Of a stretch of 64,000 bases of DNA, positions 60,084 to 64,000 are shown piece by piece; positions within the stretch are counted from its first letter, which is position 1; each line of letters begins with the position of its first letter. Below the pieces are notes generated by a model. It saw nothing but the letters and a program-made list of their open reading frames with translations. It was not told the origin of the DNA and ran no database searches. Made by a program: the position numbers and the translations under genes. Origin of the DNA: Psilocybe cubensis (taxonomy: Eukaryota); contig CM039006.1 in assembly GCA_017499595.2 (NCBI GenBank), positions 930,001-994,000 of the forward strand, given 5' to 3'.

Positions 60084-63000
60084 CTATCTACGAGGATTCC
60101 TGGTTACGGGGATATGTTCATGGACAAATGCCGCTGATCGAGCTTGCACCGATTCCCTTAGAACACGGACTGGCTTATTTTTGAGAAGGCTCTTCCAGTC
60201 TTGAAGCGTTAAAGGTTGCGCTTTGCCATTTCGAATTAATTCCAGCCTAGTCTGGTACCAGTACTCGTTGCGTTCAGTCCATTCCAGCCATTCTATCCCA
60301 TTCCTGTCAATTTCATTCCATACTGCCGGGGGAGGAAACCAAGACTTGACTCCAACCTGATTTTTAAAATCTAAAAACGACATTAAATAGAGCGATCAGT
60401 TAAATGTAGTGAACACTTACCCGTCATGAGAGAATACGACCCGATAATAATCGCAATATCGTGTTCTGTAAGCCCGTCATTGCAGTAAGCCAGCAACTCG
60501 GCCTCTGGATTAGCGACATATCCGCGTCCATTTCTCAGCAATTCCACTGATGGGCCCTGGAGAACAGACTCTGTGCTCAGATACTCTTTGGCGATTCGTC
60601 CTACTATTCCACCCATGAGTAGCGCTGCACGACCGCGTTGTTGGTCCAGTATCTGCCGACAGGCCAGCATCGAGGACTCATAGTCGTCGTTGGTAAACTT
60701 GTAGCTGACTTTGCGGTAAAAGGTAACTTCCTTGTAGGGTTGATGCACCTGAACCACATTTTTACGCCCGACAAGAGTTCGAAACTGCACTCCTTTGGAC
60801 AAAAGTCTGTGTGCCACACTGACAACTGTATGCCCAGGATGGGACTGGAAGACTCGTAAGACATATAAAGCAGCCTCTGGGGTTTTGACTCCAATACTCC
60901 AATCACCAGACATTCTGTCGGACTCTTCCTGAGGTGCACGTATATCGTGATGAGCGAAAACAAATAGATTTGGGATGGGCCGATGGATGAGGCTGAGATT
61001 CCCTAAAACTTGAAGGGATAGGTAATTTTGCGGGTGGAGATCGTGAATGTCTTGAGGGAGCGGACAGTCAGTTGACCCCATCAAACCGTCATGAAACTGA
61101 CAGATGAGTTGACGATCCGTGTTTGAGACAAACTGTTCTGCCCCATCCTTCCTAAACCCAAAGTGTTGACAGGCGTGTTTCCAGCCTTCCGGTGTCTTAT
61201 CCTCCTTCTTCGGGACTACAGAGGCTACGAATCCATAGCTGTATTGCAAGTTGGAGATGAGGTCGGCGGTGTCCCAATCGTAATTGTGGATTTTCGAAGC
61301 TTCATCAGTGTCGGTATCCATGGTGGAGGGGCCCGGCTCTGGACGATGTACCGGAGGCTGGGAAGGCCCCTCCTGAAATTCCTCCGTGTCCATGGGGAAT
61401 GTCTCGTACTGAGGTTCATGAGGGGAAGTCGCACCACCCGAGGAAGAGTCTACACAGGGTTCTTGGATGACGGGAACGGATTCTACACGGGGTACATCGT
61501 TGTCGGGGATGATGGACTGGGGATTGATGCGGGCGGCTTGGATAGGATAGTCGTAGATATAACCGTCCTTCCTAGGAGGGGGGTCCACAAATTGCAAATA
61601 TTTTCGTGGCAAATCCACTTCATCAAAAATGTCCCACTCGTTTGAGACTGCATTGTATGTTCATTGAGAGGGAGGCACCTTTGCGAACAGTCTCTCATGC
61701 TTTGATCAAAGGAGGCGAACTCGCATGTATAATTCCTTCCCCCCCGGCGTCGTGACACTTTTCCACCTATAGACCGATGTGTTGTACCCCGGGAGGGCCT
61801 CCTCTCTTTGAAGCCTTTTGATCTTTGCGTCCTCGGTCTCAGTCGCAATGATAAAGCGCTGGTTTCTCTCGCGTTTCTCCAAGAATATTGAGACGTGGTC
61901 GTACAACTCTCCTCTCCGGTGGTAGTCACCTTTGTCCATCCAATTGTGAGTGGGGAGATTTGCTATGGCTCGCTCGGCCTCTGCAAGGTCCATGTCCATG
62001 GCTCGGCTTACTATCTCCCTCAATTCTGCAACCGTGGCCTCCACCTGGTTCTCTTCCATAGCCGCCTTGACCTTGTCGGTTTGCAAAGCAAATTTTTCAT
62101 ACATATATTTCGTGACCAACAACGTACTGTGTTCCATTCTCAATATATGTTTGGTGGAGTGCAGCGGGCAATCATGAAATCGAAAGTAGGACCTAAGGAT
62201 AAGGCCAGCGAGAGGAACACTGGGGAATTGGTTCAGAAACTTCTCAAGGGCATCCCAAACAAGGTTTGCAGGAGGCTCAAGATAGCGAAGGGTGGGGTTG
62301 TTTATGATGGCCTGTTCTGCGATGGCACACTACGGAAAGAAAACAGGAATCTGCTGGTCCAGGAAGAACTGTATCTCGGGCCTCCGATTGTCATATTCAT
62401 ACCAGGGAATAACTATCCCTGCACGCTGAGTGTTGGGTGAGAATATACACGCTGGCGATGTCAAAAGCCCGTCCAACCAGGATTGCTGTAGCATCGGAAC
62501 CTCCTCGAGCAGCCTGGTATACCATTGGGGTAGTAACTCGCCCTTCTCTCTCACCATCTTTCCTGCACAATACTTGTCATATTTGGCACAAGCAGCGAAA
62601 TAGGCAAAGAATCCCATCCATACGGCAAACCAATCTTGCGCCAATTTAATCTGGCGATAAGCTTCTTCTTTCGATGTGTAGGGCTCATCGTATTTAAAGA
62701 TGGAAGGCGGGGGTGGTTGACTGGCTGGTACGTGGTACCATAGCTTCATTTTGTGCGCAGCTTCCAGTAAACATTGTTCCTTAAACCGCCAATGCTTTAT
62801 AGTATGAATTTCGAGCTGGTAGAGAGTGGGACCGGGTGGAGTATTATAGCTAGGAGTTACATCCAGCTCAGGCTGCCAGGTAAAGGTGTCGAAGGGGTCG
62901 GAGATAAAGGATGGGTTGAGCGGTATAAAGGACATCCACCCAAAGGTGTCTGTCCACCAGACAGGATGCTTGACAGAGGTGGGATCTGGCTCTGCACGTT

Positions 63001-63200
63001 CGGGGAATGGGTGGGGGTGATTCCGCTCTGGGGCCTTGATACGGACTGGTCGGTTACAATTGGGAGAGTAGTAAATTATACCGTCTTGTAGGAAGACGGA
63101 GCCCTGGGACCAGTCAAAGGAGGGCGTAGTCTGTTGTACGTAGAATTAGCAACCAAATACACCTCGATATTGTAAGATACATACGGGGGCCATTATGGAC
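60084..63200 (-). pseudogene. Large TE-associated hypothetical gene with two in-frame premature stops; 5' end uncertain
   Basis: ORFs 62330-62935, 61706-62143 and 60383-61618 share one frame broken by TAG (62330-62332) and TGA (61706-61708). The last exon reads SWFPPPAVW...WTERNEYWY..R...AQPL...W. RGRAALLMGGIVGRIA is a motif I associate with repetitive agaricomycete proteins. Confidence 0.7.
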
Positions 63201-63237
63201 AGTCAGGGGAGCAGGAATTCCAATTTATCTGTGCGTA

Positions 63238-63433
63238 CTGCCCTGGCAATGAGCCTGGGTAGTTTAAGCGTTCTGCCCTAGCAATGAGCCTGGGTAGTTT
63301 ATGAGTTCTGCCCAAGCAATGAGCCTGGGTAGTGTCTCGCGTTCTGCCCTAGCAATGAGCCTGGGTAGGTTGCGCGTACTGCCCGAGCAATGAGCCTGGG
63401 TAGTGAGGCTGCCCGAGCAATGAGCCTGGGTAG
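63238..63433. repeat. Second array of 6 CTGCCCnAGCAATGAGCCTGGGTAG units upstream of the 60-63 kb gene
   Basis: Same core as the 59.5-kb array, with short variable linkers. Confidence 0.9.
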
Positions 63434-63564
63434 CGAAGAAGAACCAATGACGCAGGAACGTGTTGAGATCACCACGCGTGTCGGAGTTTGAAATTGCCAT
63501 CAGGCGGAATCTGAATTTGGGTAGGGTTCCGTTTGTTGGCTCTGTTGACTTCCGCACCACTACC

Positions 63565-64000
63565 ACCCTTCAACCCACGGAAATACCTGGGGGTTCGTTG
63601 GGTGGCAGTCTGCTGACTACGGTGATTCCGTAGTCTGTAGGCTGCTCAAGTCGGTGCCCACACCCTTCAACCCACGGAAATACCTGGGGGTTTGTTGGGT
63701 GGCAGTCTGCTGACTACGGTGATTCCGTAGTCTGTAGGCTGCTCAAGTTGGTGCCCACACCCTTCAACCCACGGAAATACCTGGGGGTTCGTTGGGTGCG
63801 GCTGCTTGACTATGGCAATTCTGTAGTCTGGCGGTTGTTCGTCTCGGAGTTTGGTGGCAGTCTGCTGACTATGGTGATTCCGTAGTCTGTAGGCTGCTCA
63901 AGTCGGTGCTCACACACTTCAACCCACGGAAATACCTGGGGGTTCGTTGGGTGCGGCTGCTTGACTATGGCAATTCTGTACTCTGTAGGGTGCTCCTGTC
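63565..64000. repeat. 97-bp tandem repeat with composite variants, running off the window end
   Basis: ACCCTTCAACCCACGGAAATACCTGGGGG recurs at 63565, 63662, 63759 and ~63914; units contain the hairpin GACTACGG-TGATT-CCGTAGTC or a variant. Confidence 0.9.

Noticed and set aside
59461..63433. CRISPR-like appearance of the GCAATGAGCCTGG palindromic arrays
   Set aside because: The context is eukaryotic, the linkers are short and partly similar to each other, and there are no cas genes. Reported as regulatory-type repeat arrays instead.

Overview
Intron-rich fungal genomic DNA; gene content and intron style suggest an agaricomycete basidiomycete. Bases 1 to ~35.3 kb hold ordinary host genes: BUR1/SGV1-type CDK, a membrane protein, two tandem MTH1-like Nudix hydrolases, an intron-containing tRNA-Glu(CTC), a ZZ-finger protein, a DUF4139 protein, proteasome ATPase RPT6, a MOV10/SDE3-like RNA helicase, an F-box protein, an atypical G-alpha and a divergent FHA kinase. 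From ~35.8 kb to the end is a nested transposon island with three main parts. (1) A complete 15,569-bp KDZ (CxC2-type) DNA transposon (36495-52063) with 318-bp TIRs and a 7-bp TSD. It carries six genes, including an apparently intact transposase and an apparently intact TET/JBP dioxygenase. (2) A decaying Plavaka-type transposase and a companion pseudogene, each preceded by the same palindromic repeat array. (3) A 1,583-bp non-autonomous LTR element (53715-55297, TSD GAGGT) inserted in the last codons of the Plavaka gene. It has a Tf1-like self-priming PBS, and its only ORF encodes a KH RNA-binding domain rather than recognisable Gag-Pol. Exon boundaries, counts and coordinates were read by eye and no database searches were run.
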